Assembly (NCBI GenBank): GCA_963708135.1
Contig: OY970192.1
Location: 992,001 to 1,056,000, forward strand
Direction of reading: 5' to 3'
DNA length: 64,000 bases
Origin: an uncultured Gemmatimonadales bacterium
GTDB taxonomy: Bacteria > Gemmatimonadota > Gemmatimonadetes > Longimicrobiales > RSA9
The notes beneath the pieces were generated by a model. It was not told where the DNA came from and searched no databases. It worked only from the letters and a program-made list of their open reading frames with translations. A program made the position numbers and the translations under genes. Position 1 is the first letter of the stretch. Each line of letters begins with the position of its first letter. Shown piece after piece: positions 27,470-38,523 of this stretch.

Positions 27470-30202
27470 ATGCGCGTCTACGAGGCAGCGAAGGAATTCA
27501 ACATCACGGCGGAGCAGCTGATCCAGTTGCTGCGCGGGATGGGTGTGCAGGTCCGCACGGAGGCGTCCACGGTCGATGCTGCCGCGGTGGCCAAGATCCG
27601 CGCGCGCTTCGAGCGGGAGCGCCGGGTCGGCCACATGGACGCCGGCGAGGCGATCGAGGCCGTCATGGAGGACGCGCAGGAGACGCGTCGCCGCCGGCGT
27701 CGCCGCACGGCGCAGGAGGTGGCGGCCGCGCGCGCCGAGGCCGAGGCGACGGAGGTCGCGGAGACCGAGGCGGAGGTGGGCTCGACGGCCGATGTGGTGG
27801 CCGACGCGGCGGATGCGCTGGCGGCCCAGGCGGCGGAGTGGGCCGCGGACCGGGGTGCCGATCTGGTGACGAAGGGCGGCGAGGAGCCGACCGGGAAGAC
27901 GATCTTCGTCGAGAGCCCCGGGATGGAGGCAGAGCCGGAAGAGGAGGCGGAGGAGGAGGAAGAGGGGGTTGCCGCGGAGGCGGCGGAGGCCGGTCCGGTC
28001 GCCGAAGGGGTGGAGGTGGGGGCCGAGGAGGAGGAGGAGGTCGAAGGCGAGGAGCCGGAGGCGCCCACAGAGGCACAGCCGGCGGCGGCTGCGATCAAGC
28101 CGTCGGATCGGCCGCGGCTGCGGCGGGCGGCCGAGGTGCTCAGCCGGCAGCGGCCGGCGGCGCCCGCGCCGGCGGCGAGTGCGGCGCCGGGCGGGCAGGT
28201 GCGCATCCAGGCCGAGGGCTTCACGCCCGATGGACGGCGCAAGAAGGAGAAGGGCAAGAAGAAGAAGCGGCGCGTCGACCAGGAAGCGGTGCAGGAGAAC
28301 ATTGCGCGCACCATGGCGGAGATGAAATCCGGCGGCAAGAAGCGCCGGCACCGCCGTGAGGAGGCGCCGAGCCGCGTGGAGCGGGAGGCGGAGCGCCTGC
28401 GCAGCGAGGCGGAGGCCGCCCAGCAGGTCCGGGTGAACGAGTTCCTGACGCCGGCGGAGCTCGCGGAGCTGATCGACCGCAGCCCGACGGAGATCGTGGC
28501 GAGCGCCTTCAAGAATCTGGGGCTGATGGTCACGATCAACCAGCGGCTGGATTTCGACCAGATCGAGCTGCTGCTGGACGAGTTCGGGTTCCAGGCGGTC
28601 CGTGAGGAGGAGTACGGCGCGGAGGTCGAAGAAGACCTGGAGGTCGAGGAGACGGCGGAGGACCTGGTCCCGCGGCCGGCGGTGGTGACCGTGATGGGTC
28701 ACGTGGACCACGGCAAGACGTCGCTGCTCGACCACATCCGCAAGACGAACGTGATCGCGGGCGAGGCGGGCGGCATCACGCAGCACATCGGTGCCTACCA
28801 CGTCAAGCTGGCGGACGGCCGCTCGCTGTCCTTCCTGGACACGCCGGGGCACGCGGCGTTCACCGCGATGCGCGCCCGCGGCGCGGAAGTGACCGACATC
28901 GTGATCCTGGTGGTGGCGGCGGACGACTCGGTCATGCCGCAGACGATCGAGGCGATCAGCCACGCGAAGAACGCGGGCGTGCCGCTGGTGGTCGCGGTGA
29001 ACAAGACAGACCTGCCGGGCGCGAACCCGACGCGGGTCAAGCAGGAGCTGCTGAATCACGGTGTGGTGGTGGAGGAGTTTGGCGGCGAGGTGCTGAGCGC
29101 CGACGTGAGCGCGAAGAAGGGCACCGGGATTCAGGACCTGATCGACAAGATCCTGCTGCAGGCGGAGATGCTGGACCTCAGGGCGAATCCGCATCGGCAC
29201 GCGCAGGGCACGGTGATCGAGGCGCAGCTCGACGTCGGCAAGGGTCCCGTGGCGACGGTGCTCGTGACGAACGGCACGCTGCGCGTCGGCGACGCGTTCG
29301 TGTGCGGCCTCTACGACGGCCGCGTGCGCGCGCTGCTGGACGAGCGGGGCAACCACATCGAGGAGGTCGGCCCCGGCGAGCCGGCGCAGATCCTCGGCAT
29401 CTCGGGCGTGCCACAGGCGGGGGACGCGCTCGTGGCCATGGACGCGGACCGCGCCTCCGAGATCTCGCAGACGCGGCAGCGGCTGGACCGCGAGAAGCAG
29501 CTGCGGATCAAGAGCCGCGGCGTGAAGCTGACCGACATCAGCAAGCTGCTGGCGGAGGGCGAGACGGCGCAGCTGAACCTCGTCATCAAGGGCGATGTGG
29601 ATGGCTCGGTGCAGGCCCTGTCGGACGCGCTCGAGCAGCTGTCCACGGGCGAGGTGCAGGTGCAGGTGATCCACCGCGCGGTGGGCGCCATCAACGAGTC
29701 GGACGTGCTGCTCGCCACCACGGCCGGCGCGATCATCATCGGCTTCCACGTGCGTCCCGACACGAACGCCCGAAACGTGGCCGTCCGCGAGGGCGTCGAT
29801 ATCCGCCTCTACGATATCATCTACGAGGCGGTCGAGGACGTCCGCAACGCGCTCGAGGGGCTGCTCCAGCCGGGGGAGAAGGAGGTCCTCCTGGGCGTGG
29901 CCGAGGTGCGGCAGCTCTTCAAGGTGCCGCGGATCGGTACGGTGGCCGGCTGCTACGTGCAGGAGGGGATCATCGACCGACGGGCGCGCATCCGCGTGGT
30001 GCGCAATGCCGTGCAGGTCTACGAGGGCGAGCTGGCCAGCCTCAAGCGCTTCAAGGATGATGTCCGCGAGGTGCGCGAGGGTTTCGAGTGCGGCCTCAAC
30101 ATCGCCGGCTACAACGACCTCAAGATCGGCGACAGCATCGAGTGCTATCGCGTCGAGGAGTTCGCCCGCACGCTGGCCGGCGCCGCCGGCGAGGGGGCCT
30201 GA
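27470..30202 (+). CDS. infB: translation initiation factor IF-2
   Basis: [26 protein letters not shown]; long acidic N-terminal linker. Confidence 0.98.
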   Translation: MRVYEAAKEFNITAEQLIQLLRGMGVQVRTEASTVDAAAVAKIRARFERERRVGHMDAGEAIEAVMEDAQETRRRRRRRTAQEVAAARAEAEATEVAETEAEVGSTADVVADAADALAAQAAEWAADRGADLVTKGGEEPTGKTIFVESPGMEAEPEEEAEEEEEGVAAEAAEAGPVAEGVEVGAEEEEEVEGEEPEAPTEAQPAAAAIKPSDRPRLRRAAEVLSRQRPAAPAPAASAAPGGQVRIQAEGFTPDGRRKKEKGKKKKRRVDQEAVQENIARTMAEMKSGGKKRRHRREEAPSRVEREAERLRSEAEAAQQVRVNEFLTPAELAELIDRSPTEIVASAFKNLGLMVTINQRLDFDQIELLLDEFGFQAVREEEYGAEVEEDLEVEETAEDLVPRPAVVTVMGHVDHGKTSLLDHIRKTNVIAGEAGGITQHIGAYHVKLADGRSLSFLDTPGHAAFTAMRARGAEVTDIVILVVAADDSVMPQTIEAISHAKNAGVPLVVAVNKTDLPGANPTRVKQELLNHGVVVEEFGGEVLSADVSAKKGTGIQDLIDKILLQAEMLDLRANPHRHAQGTVIEAQLDVGKGPVATVLVTNGTLRVGDAFVCGLYDGRVRALLDERGNHIEEVGPGEPAQILGISGVPQAGDALVAMDADRASEISQTRQRLDREKQLRIKSRGVKLTDISKLLAEGETAQLNLVIKGDVDGSVQALSDALEQLSTGEVQVQVIHRAVGAINESDVLLATTAGAIIIGFHVRPDTNARNVAVREGVDIRLYDIIYEAVEDVRNALEGLLQPGEKEVLLGVAEVRQLFKVPRIGTVAGCYVQEGIIDRRARIRVVRNAVQVYEGELASLKRFKDDVREVREGFECGLNIAGYNDLKIGDSIECYRVEEFARTLAGAAGEGA

Positions 30203-30233
30203 GGACGGCGAGGCCGGGGGCGCGGAGGGCGGG

Positions 30234-30515
30234 GTGGTGATCGGCACGATCGCATGGCAGCTCGAGATCCTGGGCTGCCAGTCCCTCAAGGAGAAGCGCT
30301 CGGTCGTCAAGAGCCTGAAGGACCGGCTGCACCAGCGCTTCAACGTCTCCGTAGCGGAGACGGCGCACCAGGATCTGTGGCAGCGGGCGGAGCTCGTCGC
30401 ATGCGTCGTGGCGGGCGAGCGACGTCACGCGGAGTCCGTCCTCGAGAGCGCGGACCGGCTCGTCGCGTCGGAGTACCGGGCCCGCGTGATCGACAGCAGG
30501 CGGGAGCTCTTCTGA
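30234..30515 (+). CDS. DUF503/YlxP family protein
   Basis: SLKEKRSVVKSLKDRL...FNVSVAE...QDLWQRA. Confidence 0.9.
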   Translation: MVIGTIAWQLEILGCQSLKEKRSVVKSLKDRLHQRFNVSVAETAHQDLWQRAELVACVVAGERRHAESVLESADRLVASEYRARVIDSRRELF

Positions 30516-30611
30516 GACGGCGGCCGTGAGCGATACACGGCCGCCGTCTTGCATCGGCGGCGAGCCGGCGCGCGGCGCCGGCCGGACGGAAAACCGGGAA
30601 GGGGAGCGGAG

Positions 30612-31016
30612 ATGCCGGGTCGCCGGATCGAGCGGTTGAACGAGCAGTTCCGGCGGGAGGTCATCGACATCCTGCGGGGCAGCGTGAAGGATCCGCGCGT
30701 GGGCACCGTGACCGTCACCGGCGCGCGCGTGGCGCCCGACCTCACGCTCGCCCGGATCTTCATCTCCGTGCCCGGCGACGACGCGGAGTTGCTGGCCGGT
30801 CTCGCGGCGGCCACTCCCTTCATCCGCGGCGAGCTCGGGCGACGGCTGAGGATCCGGCGCGTGCCCGAGCTTCGCTTCGAGGTTGACCGTTCGCTGGAGC
30901 AGGCCATGCGCATCGAGGAGCTCCTGCACGAAGCCCGCGGGCAGGGCGGCGGAGCGGAGGAGGAGGCGCCCGACGACGCGCCCGGGGACGCGGACGCGGA
31001 GCGCGATGAGCCCTAG
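30612..31016 (+). CDS. rbfA: ribosome-binding factor A
   Basis: VKDPRV, DLTLARIF, IRRVPELRFEVD. Confidence 0.93.
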   Translation: MPGRRIERLNEQFRREVIDILRGSVKDPRVGTVTVTGARVAPDLTLARIFISVPGDDAELLAGLAAATPFIRGELGRRLRIRRVPELRFEVDRSLEQAMRIEELLHEARGQGGGAEEEAPDDAPGDADAERDEP

Positions 31017-31893
31017 CCCCGCCGACGGCGTGCTCCCGGTGGACAAGCCGGTGGGTCCCACGTCTCACGACATCGTGGACGCGGCGCGGCGGGCCCTCGG
31101 GACCCGACGCGTCGGCCACACCGGAACGCTGGATCCGTTCGCCTCGGGACTGCTCCTCCTGTGCGTCGAGCGCGCCACCCGTCTGGCCGAATACCTCTCG
31201 GGGCTGCCGAAGACCTACATCGCGACGGTACGCCTCGGCACCACGACCGACACCGACGACCGCACCGGCGAGACCATGTCCACGTCCGAGGGGTGGCGCG
31301 AGCTGGATGGCCGGAGCGTCGAGCAGGCGCTCGCCGGCTTCGTGGGACCGCTCCGGCAGGTGCCGCCCGCCTACTCGGCCAAGAAGGTGGGCGGCGAGCG
31401 AATGTACCGGCGTGCCCGCCGCGGCGAGCGGGTCGAGCTCGCCCCCGTCGCCGTGCAGATCCACCGCATCGAGGTGCTCGGACTCGATCTCCCCGATGTG
31501 GAGTTCGAGGTGGAGTGCTCGAGCGGCACCTACGTCCGGGCGCTGGCCAGGGACCTGGGCGAGGCGCTCGGCACCGGCGCCCACCTGACCGCGCTGCGGC
31601 GGACGCGCATCGGACCGCATGACGTGGCCGGCGCAGTGCCTGCGGATGCCCTCGGCAGCGCCGTAACGGTCGGCCGCGCCTGGCTCTCGCCGGCGGTCGC
31701 TCTCGCCCACCTCCCCGCCGCCGAGGTGGATGCGGGGGCCGCCGCCGAGATCGTCCACGGAGCGGCCGTGGATGCGCCGGAAGGGACGCCCGCCAGCGGG
31801 ATCGTCGCCGTCACCCACGCGGGATCGCTCCTGGCCGTGGCCGAGGCCGCCGGCGGCCTGCTCCACCCGCGCAAGGTGTTCCCCCGTGCGTGA
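31006..31893 (+). CDS. truB: tRNA pseudouridine(55) synthase
   Basis: DKPVGPTSHD, GHTGTLDPFASG, PPAYSA, CSSGTYVR. Confidence 0.96.
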   Translation: MSPSPADGVLPVDKPVGPTSHDIVDAARRALGTRRVGHTGTLDPFASGLLLLCVERATRLAEYLSGLPKTYIATVRLGTTTDTDDRTGETMSTSEGWRELDGRSVEQALAGFVGPLRQVPPAYSAKKVGGERMYRRARRGERVELAPVAVQIHRIEVLGLDLPDVEFEVECSSGTYVRALARDLGEALGTGAHLTALRRTRIGPHDVAGAVPADALGSAVTVGRAWLSPAVALAHLPAAEVDAGAAAEIVHGAAVDAPEGTPASGIVAVTHAGSLLAVAEAAGGLLHPRKVFPRA

Positions 31894-32884
31894 TGCCGCC
31901 CTCGATCTCACCGTTCCGCCCGGGGTGCCCGACACCCCCGACGGCGCGGTGGTGACCGTCGGCACTTTCGACGGCATCCACCGCGGCCACTGGGCCGTGC
32001 TGCAGGAGACCCGCCGCTGGGCGCGCTCCGATGGGCGCCGCAGCGTGCTCGCGACCTTCCACCCGCACCCGCTCACCATCGTGCGCCCCTCCGCCGCGCC
32101 GGCGCTCCTCACGACGCCCGAGGAGAAGGAGGAGATCCTGGCGGAGTCGGGGCTGGACTACGCCGTCTTCCTGCCCTTCACGCCCGTTCTCATGCGCTAC
32201 CCGCCCGAGCGCTTCGTCGAGGAGGTGCTTATCGACCGGCTCCGCATGCGCCGCCTCGTCATCGGCTATGACCACGGCTTCGGGCGCGGCCGCAGCGGCG
32301 ACGTGGACACCCTGCGCGACATTGGGGAGCGCCTCGGCTTCGACGTCCACGTGGTGGACGCCGTTCACATGGGCGATGCGCCGATCTCCTCCACGCTCAT
32401 CCGGACCGCGCTCCAGAAGGGCGACGTGGTGGCCGCGGCCGCGGGACTCGGGCGCCCCTACTCCCTGCGCGCGCCCGTCGTCCGCGGGGACGGCCGCGGC
32501 CGCTCGCTCGGCTTCGCCACCGCCAACCTGCGACCGGGCGGAAACGACAAGCTGCTTCCGCGCGAGGGCATCTATGCCGTTCGCACCGTCCTCCCGGGCC
32601 GGCGCCGCCCCGACGGCCGCCCTCTCGACGGCGTGCTCCACCTCGGCCCCCGCCCCACCTTCCAGGGCGCTGCTCCGACCATCGAGCTCCATCTCTTCGA
32701 CTTCGACGACGACCTCTACGGCGAGGAGCTGCGCGTGGACTTCTGCGGCTGGATCCGCGGGATCCACCACTTCGGCAGCATCCCTGCGCTCATCGAGGCC
32801 GTGCGCGCGGACTGCGCCGCCGCGCGGTCGCTGCTGGGGTCGGGGACGGGAGCTTGCCGGAGCGGTGAGGGTCCGCTAGACTAA
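31886..32884 (+). CDS. ribF: bifunctional riboflavin kinase/FAD synthetase
   Basis: [31 protein letters not shown]. Confidence 0.95.
   Translation: MRDAALDLTVPPGVPDTPDGAVVTVGTFDGIHRGHWAVLQETRRWARSDGRRSVLATFHPHPLTIVRPSAAPALLTTPEEKEEILAESGLDYAVFLPFTPVLMRYPPERFVEEVLIDRLRMRRLVIGYDHGFGRGRSGDVDTLRDIGERLGFDVHVVDAVHMGDAPISSTLIRTALQKGDVVAAAAGLGRPYSLRAPVVRGDGRGRSLGFATANLRPGGNDKLLPREGIYAVRTVLPGRRRPDGRPLDGVLHLGPRPTFQGAAPTIELHLFDFDDDLYGEELRVDFCGWIRGIHHFGSIPALIEAVRADCAAARSLLGSGTGACRSGEGPLD
32854..32882 (+). promoter_or_regulatory. sigma70-type promoter for rpsO-pnp inside the ribF 3' end
   Basis: TTGCCG, 17-nt spacer, TAGACT. Confidence 0.6.
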
Positions 32885-32952
32885 AAGGCTTGACAGGTTC
32901 AGGAGCAGACTCGCTTCCCGACCAGCACTTGTCTCTCGAGGAGGCTGCCCGC

Positions 32953-33210
32953 ATGGGCGACAAGGACGAAGTCATCCGCAAGTACCAGCTGCACGAGACC
33001 GATCGTGGCAGCGCCCCCGTTCAGATCGCGCTCCTGACGGAGCGCATCAATCATCTCACCGACCACTTCCGAAGCCACCCGAAGGATCACCATGGGCGTC
33101 GCGGCCTGCTCATGATGGTGGGCCGGCGGCGTCGCCTGCTGGAGTATCTCCGGCGGACGGACCTGGAGCGCTATCGGGAGCTCATCGCGGACCTCGGCCT
33201 GCGCCATTAA
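32953..33210 (+). CDS. rpsO: 30S ribosomal protein S15
   Basis: [32 protein letters not shown]. Confidence 0.96.
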   Translation: MGDKDEVIRKYQLHETDRGSAPVQIALLTERINHLTDHFRSHPKDHHGRRGLLMMVGRRRRLLEYLRRTDLERYRELIADLGLRH

Positions 33211-33218
33211 AGGACGGT

Positions 33219-35312
33219 ATGGTAATGCACAGAATCGAAAAGCAGTTCGCGGGCCGGAAGCTGGTCCTGGAGACGGGGCGGATGGCCAGACAGGCGGGTG
33301 GCTCCTGCCTGGTACAGTTCGGCGAGACGGTGGTGCTGTGCACGGCGACGGCGCAGGACCACCCGACGCACCTGCCGTTCTTTCCCCTGACGATCGAGTA
33401 TCGGGAGCGGACGTACGCGGCGGGGAAGATCCCGGGCGGCTTCATCAAGCGTGAGGGTCGGCCGAGCGACTCGGAGATTTTGTCGGCGCGGCTGACGGAC
33501 CGGCCGCTCCGGCCGCTGTTCCCGGACGGCTTCATGCACGAGACGCAGATCTTCTGCTACGTGCTGTCGGCGGACCAGGAGAACGACGCGGACGTGCTGG
33601 GGATCCTGGGCGCCTCGACGGCGCTGAACCTTTCGCAGGTCCCGTTCGAGAACCGGGTGGCCGCGGTGCGGATCGGTCGGATCCAGGGGCAGTGGGTGCT
33701 CAACCCGACGTTCCAGCAGCTGGAGTTCAGCGACGTCGACATCGTGGTGGCGGGGACGGCGAAGGCGATCACGATGGTGGAAGGCGGCTGCGTGGAGGTG
33801 CCGGAGGAGGACCTGGTGGAGGGGCTGGAGGTGGCGCACCGCGGCATCCAGGAGCTGATCGAGATCCAGGACGAGTTCATCGAGGGGCGCACGGTCCCGA
33901 AGATGGAGTGGTCGCCTGTGGAGGCGCCGCAGGACGTGGTGAAGCGGGTGACGAAGCTGGCTGAGAAGCGGGTGGCGGAGTCGCTGAACCTGAAGGACAA
34001 GTCGGAGCGGAAGCAGGCGCTGGCGGCGCTGCGGGAGGACGTCTGGGATCAGCTTGCGGAGGAGTTCCCGGAACAGGAGCGGGCAGTGGCGGACGTGGTC
34101 TCCGGAATCGAAAAGAAGGTCATGCGTCGCCAGATCCTGGAGAAGGGGGAGCGGGCGGACGGGCGCGGCTCGGACGAGATCCGGCCGATCACCTGCGAGG
34201 TGGGGGTGCTGCCGCGGACGCATGGCTCCGCGCTGTTCACGCGCGGCCAGACGCAGGCGCTGGCCACGGTGACGCTGGGGACGCAGTCGGACGAGCAGCG
34301 GATCGAGACGATCAACCATCCGCAGGAGACCTCGAAGTCGTTCATGCTGCACTACAACTTCCCGCCGTTCTCCACGGGAGAGGTGAAGCCGATGCGGGGG
34401 ACCTCGCGGCGCGAGATCGGCCACGGCTCGCTGGCCGAGCGGGCAGTGCAGCCGCTGCTGCCGATGTACGAGGACTTTCCCTACACGATCCGGGTGGTAT
34501 CGGACATCCTGGAGTCGAACGGTTCGTCGTCGATGGCGTCGGTGTGCGGTGCGTCGCTGTCGCTGATGGATGCGGGCGTGCCGATCAAGAGCTCGTGCGC
34601 CGGCGTGGCGATGGGGCTGATCAAGGAAGGCAGCAAGGTCGCGGTGCTGACCGACATCCTCGGGATGGAGGACGCGCTGGGCGACATGGACTTCAAGGTG
34701 GCGGGGACGCGACAGGGAGTGACCTCGATTCAGATGGACATCAAGATCGAGGGGCTGACGGTGGACATCATGCGCGAGGCGCTCGAGCGAGCGAACAAGG
34801 GGCGCATGCATATCCTCGGCATCATGGACGAGACGATCAGCACGGCGCGCTCGGATCTCTCGCAGTGGGCGCCGCGGATCATCACGATGCAGATCAACCC
34901 GGAGAAGATCGGCGAGGTCATCGGGCCGAAGGGGAAGACGATCCGGGCGATCCAGGAGGAGACTGGCGCCCAGATCAACATCGAGGACTCCGGGCTGGTG
35001 AAGATCGCGAGCGTGTCGGGCGAAGGCGGTGAGCGGGCGAGGGAGCGGATCGCGGCGATCGTGCAGGAGCCCGAGGTGGGACGGGTCTACGAGGGCGTCG
35101 TGAAGTCGACGACGTCGTTCGGGGCCTTCGTCGAGATCATCCCGGGCACGGAAGGGCTCTGCCACATCTCCGAGCTTCAGGAAGGTCGTACGGAGAAGAC
35201 GGAGGATGTGCTGAAGAAGGGGGATGTGACGAAGGTGAAGCTGCTCTCGATCGACGAGAAGGGGCGGCTGCGCCTGTCGCGCAAGGCCGCACTGCAAGAA
35301 GCCGAGTCGTGA
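33219..35312 (+). CDS. pnp: polyribonucleotide nucleotidyltransferase
   Basis: GKIPGGFIKREGRP, SRREIGHG, SNGSSSMAS, GDMDFKVAG, KH and S1 domains. Confidence 0.98.
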   Translation: MVMHRIEKQFAGRKLVLETGRMARQAGGSCLVQFGETVVLCTATAQDHPTHLPFFPLTIEYRERTYAAGKIPGGFIKREGRPSDSEILSARLTDRPLRPLFPDGFMHETQIFCYVLSADQENDADVLGILGASTALNLSQVPFENRVAAVRIGRIQGQWVLNPTFQQLEFSDVDIVVAGTAKAITMVEGGCVEVPEEDLVEGLEVAHRGIQELIEIQDEFIEGRTVPKMEWSPVEAPQDVVKRVTKLAEKRVAESLNLKDKSERKQALAALREDVWDQLAEEFPEQERAVADVVSGIEKKVMRRQILEKGERADGRGSDEIRPITCEVGVLPRTHGSALFTRGQTQALATVTLGTQSDEQRIETINHPQETSKSFMLHYNFPPFSTGEVKPMRGTSRREIGHGSLAERAVQPLLPMYEDFPYTIRVVSDILESNGSSSMASVCGASLSLMDAGVPIKSSCAGVAMGLIKEGSKVAVLTDILGMEDALGDMDFKVAGTRQGVTSIQMDIKIEGLTVDIMREALERANKGRMHILGIMDETISTARSDLSQWAPRIITMQINPEKIGEVIGPKGKTIRAIQEETGAQINIEDSGLVKIASVSGEGGERARERIAAIVQEPEVGRVYEGVVKSTTSFGAFVEIIPGTEGLCHISELQEGRTEKTEDVLKKGDVTKVKLLSIDEKGRLRLSRKAALQEAES

Positions 35313-36580
35313 CGGAGGACGGCCCCGCCGCCGCGGCGGGCGAGGCAGGGTTCCGCAGCGCGACGCTGCGGGACGGGCTCGTGGTGCTGACCGAGGAGAT
35401 GCCGGGCGTGCGCTCGGCATCTCTCGGCGTCTGGGTCCGGTTCGGCTCGGCGCACGAGCGACGCGAGGAGATGGGCGTGGCCCATCTCCTCGAGCACATG
35501 GTATTCAAGGGCACGAGCCGGCGCAGTGCACGCGATCTGGCGCTCGTGCTCGAGCGGCTGGGCGGGAGCCTGGATGCCTACACGACGCGCGAGCACACCA
35601 GCTTCCAGGCGCGGGTGCTCGATGAGAACCTGGATGTGGCGCTCGATGTCCTGGCCGACCTGGTGCTCTCTCCCCTGCTGCGGGAAGAGGACCTGGCGCT
35701 CGAGCGGGAGGTCGTGCTCGAGGAGATCGCGACGGTCGAGGACACCCCGGACGACATCGTCTTCGACCTGCACGCGGACGCCCTCTGGGGTGGGCACCCC
35801 TATGGCTTCAGCATCCTCGGTACGCGCGACACGGTGGCCGGCTTCCAGGCCGCCGATCTCGCCCGCGTTCACTCCGCCCGCTACCGCGCTCCCAACCTGG
35901 TGGTCGCCGCCGCCGGCAGCGTGCGCCACGACGATGTCGTGGCCCGAGTCGAGCGGCTGTTCGGGGCCGCCGGCCCGGCGGCCGAGGGACCGCCCGGCGT
36001 GCCCGGGCCTCCGAGCTCCGGACCCGCCGAGCTCCGCGTGGCGCGACCCACCGCCCAGACCCATATTGTCTTCGGCACGCAGACGTTCGGCCACGGCGAT
36101 CCGCGCCGCTACGCGCTGGTGCTGCTGTCCAACGTCTTCGGCGGCGGGATGAGCTCGCGGCTCTTCCAGCGGGTGCGGGAGGAACTGGGGCTGGCGTACG
36201 CGGTCTACTCGTACCAGTCGTTCTATCGGGACGCCGGCGTTGCGGGCGTGTACGTCGGCACGCGCCACGAATGGGCGGAGCACGCCGAGGACGTGGTACG
36301 CGAGGAAATGGGGCGGGCGGCGCGCGAAGGCCTCACGGCCGAGGAACTGGAGGACGTAAAGGGGCAGGTCAAGGGGCAGATGATGCTGGCACTGGAGTCC
36401 AGCAGCGCCCGCCTGCACCGCCTGGCGGGATGCGCCCTCTACGACGAGCCGTTTCTGGGACTGGACGAGATGGTGGCGCGCGTGGAGCGCGTGACGCTGG
36501 AGGACGTCGCGGCGGTCGCGGCGGAGATCCTGGATCCGGGCCGGCAGGTCGTTCTGCGGCTCGGACCACAGGAGACGTGA
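35309..36580 (+). CDS. M16 family zinc peptidase
   Basis: HLLEH inverzincin motif; GGGMSSRLFQRVRE. Confidence 0.93.
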   Translation: MTEDGPAAAAGEAGFRSATLRDGLVVLTEEMPGVRSASLGVWVRFGSAHERREEMGVAHLLEHMVFKGTSRRSARDLALVLERLGGSLDAYTTREHTSFQARVLDENLDVALDVLADLVLSPLLREEDLALEREVVLEEIATVEDTPDDIVFDLHADALWGGHPYGFSILGTRDTVAGFQAADLARVHSARYRAPNLVVAAAGSVRHDDVVARVERLFGAAGPAAEGPPGVPGPPSSGPAELRVARPTAQTHIVFGTQTFGHGDPRRYALVLLSNVFGGGMSSRLFQRVREELGLAYAVYSYQSFYRDAGVAGVYVGTRHEWAEHAEDVVREEMGRAAREGLTAEELEDVKGQVKGQMMLALESSSARLHRLAGCALYDEPFLGLDEMVARVERVTLEDVAAVAAEILDPGRQVVLRLGPQET

Positions 36581-36613
36581 TCGATCCTGAAACAACGGAC
36601 AAAGAGCGATACC

Positions 36614-37726
36614 ATGATCATCGGGGTTCCGAAGGAGATCAAGACCAACGAGAACCGGGTCGCGTTGGTCCCTGGCGGAGCGGAAACGCTGGTCCAGGCC
36701 GGGCACGAGGTGTTGGTCGAGAACGATGCGGGGTCGGGCAGCGGCTTCGAGGATGCCGCCTACGAGGCCGCGGGGGCCCGCATCGTCGGACACGCCGAGG
36801 ACGTCTGGAAGCAGGCGGAGATGATCCTCAAGGTGAAGGAGCCGATCGAGCCGGAGTGGCCGCGGATGAGGCGCGGCCAGGTGCTCTTCACGTACTTTCA
36901 CTTCGCCGCCTCGGAGCCGCTCACGAAGGCCGTTCTGAAGTCCGGCGCGGTCGCGATCGCCTACGAGACCGTGCAGCTGCCCACGGGCGAGCTCCCGCTG
37001 CTCACCCCGATGAGCGAGGTGGCCGGCCGCATGGCCGTGCAGGAGGGCGCCAAGTACCTGGAGAAGTTCTTCGGCGGGCGCGGCATCCTGCTCGGAGGCG
37101 TCCCGGGCGTGGAGCCCGCCACAGTGGTGGTCCTGGGCGGCGGCATCGTAGGCTCGAACGCGGCACGCATGGCCGCGGGGCTCGGCGCGCATGTCGTGAT
37201 CCTCGACCTCTCGCTGAACCGGCTCCGCTACCTGGCGGACGTCATGCCGGCCAACGTCACGATGCTGCACTCCAGCCGGCACCACATCGCCGAGCAGCTC
37301 GCCAAGGCCGATCTGCTCATCGGCGCGGTCCTGCTGCCGGGCGCCAAGGCCCCCAAGCTGGTGCGCCGCGAGGACCTCAAGCTCATGAAGCCGGGCTCGG
37401 TCATCACCGATGTGGCCGTGGATCAGGGCGGCTGCGTCGAGACCATCCATGCCACTACCCACGAGGATCCGATCTACGTGGTGGACGGCGTGATCCATTA
37501 CGGCGTGGCGAACATGCCCGGCGCGGTGCCGCGCACCTCCACGCTCGCGCTGACCAACGCGACGTTCCCCTACGCGCTCACGCTCGCCAACAAGGGCTGG
37601 CAGCGCGCCTGCCGCGAGGACCGCGCCCTCGCCCTCGGCGCCAACGTGGTCGACGGAAAGATCTGCTATCCCGGCGTGGCGGAGGCGTTCGGCCTCGATT
37701 TCACACCCGTCGAGGAAGTCCTCTGA
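36614..37726 (+). CDS. ald: alanine dehydrogenase
   Basis: [30 protein letters not shown]. Confidence 0.97.
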   Translation: MIIGVPKEIKTNENRVALVPGGAETLVQAGHEVLVENDAGSGSGFEDAAYEAAGARIVGHAEDVWKQAEMILKVKEPIEPEWPRMRRGQVLFTYFHFAASEPLTKAVLKSGAVAIAYETVQLPTGELPLLTPMSEVAGRMAVQEGAKYLEKFFGGRGILLGGVPGVEPATVVVLGGGIVGSNAARMAAGLGAHVVILDLSLNRLRYLADVMPANVTMLHSSRHHIAEQLAKADLLIGAVLLPGAKAPKLVRREDLKLMKPGSVITDVAVDQGGCVETIHATTHEDPIYVVDGVIHYGVANMPGAVPRTSTLALTNATFPYALTLANKGWQRACREDRALALGANVVDGKICYPGVAEAFGLDFTPVEEVL

Positions 37727-37781
37727 CGTCGCACGGCGCGCAGTGCACGGGCCGCGGCGGGCGGCCGGCCGCCACGGCCGA

Positions 37782-37813
37782 CCGCCCGCCCCCGCCCCCG
37801 CCCCCGCCCCCCC
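37782..37813. repeat. (GCCCCC)n tandem tract; G-quadruplex motif on minus strand
   Basis: ccgcccgcccccgcccccgcccccgccccccc in the ald-dut spacer. Confidence 0.7.
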
Positions 37814-37871
37814 TCCACTCCGTCCCGCCGGCCGCCAGGTCGCGGCCGGACGCAGGCACGGCGGCGTGCCG

Positions 37872-38321
37872 ATGAACACCGTGCGCGTCCCGATCCGGCG
37901 GCTGGAGAACTACCCCGCCGACTGGCCGCTGCCCGCGTACGCCACGCCCGGCTCGGCCGCCGTCGACCTGCGCAATGCCGGCCCCGACCTGGTGCTTCCC
38001 CCGCTCGGCAGGCACCTCGTGCCCACCGGTCTCGCGATCGCGCTGCCGGATGGCCTCGAGGCGCAGGTCCGGCCCCGCTCCGGCTTGGCGCTGAGGCAGG
38101 GGCTTACCCTGGTCAATACGCCGGGCACGATCGACAGCGATTACCGCGGCGAGATCCGGATCCCGCTCGTCAACCTCGACCCGGCGCCGCAGACCGTGGC
38201 GCACGGCGAGCGCATCGCGCAGCTGCTGGTGGCGGGGTACGTGCGCATCGAGTGGGAGGGGCGGGATGCGCTGCCACCGACGCTTCGCGGGGGTGGTGGC
38301 TTTGGCAGCACGGGCCGGTGA
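37872..38321 (+). CDS. dut: dUTP diphosphatase
   Basis: RPRSGLA, GTIDSDYRGE, RIAQL, RGGGGFGSTG. Confidence 0.96.
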   Translation: MNTVRVPIRRLENYPADWPLPAYATPGSAAVDLRNAGPDLVLPPLGRHLVPTGLAIALPDGLEAQVRPRSGLALRQGLTLVNTPGTIDSDYRGEIRIPLVNLDPAPQTVAHGERIAQLLVAGYVRIEWEGRDALPPTLRGGGGFGSTGR

Positions 38322-38398
38322 ACAGATGTTCTCGGGCGCGCGGATGAGGGGACCACAACCCGTCGAAAACGCGCGGACTTACAACGATCCCGGCTCCC

Positions 38399-38427
38399 TT
38401 GCCGGGGTTGTGTGGCACGGTTAGCTT
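38399..38427 (+). promoter_or_regulatory. sigma70-type promoter of the mre operon
   Basis: TTGCCG, 17-nt spacer, TAGCTT. Confidence 0.55.
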
Positions 38428-38523
38428 TGCGCTACTCAAGGTGCTGCGCGGCGGAGCGTCACCCGGCCGGCGCGAGCCCACCGCTCCGATCCTGGACCCC
38501 GATTCCGGCCTGGGAGCCGCTGG

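Noticed and set aside
32890..32895. TTGACA or TTG start upstream of rpsO
   Set aside because: No matching -10 at proper spacing; ATG 32953 has a strong SD and gives a normal S15 length.
38413..38430. TGGCAC upstream of mreB as a sigma54 site
   Set aside because: No GC at the required GG-N10-GC spacing; a sigma70 fit is better.
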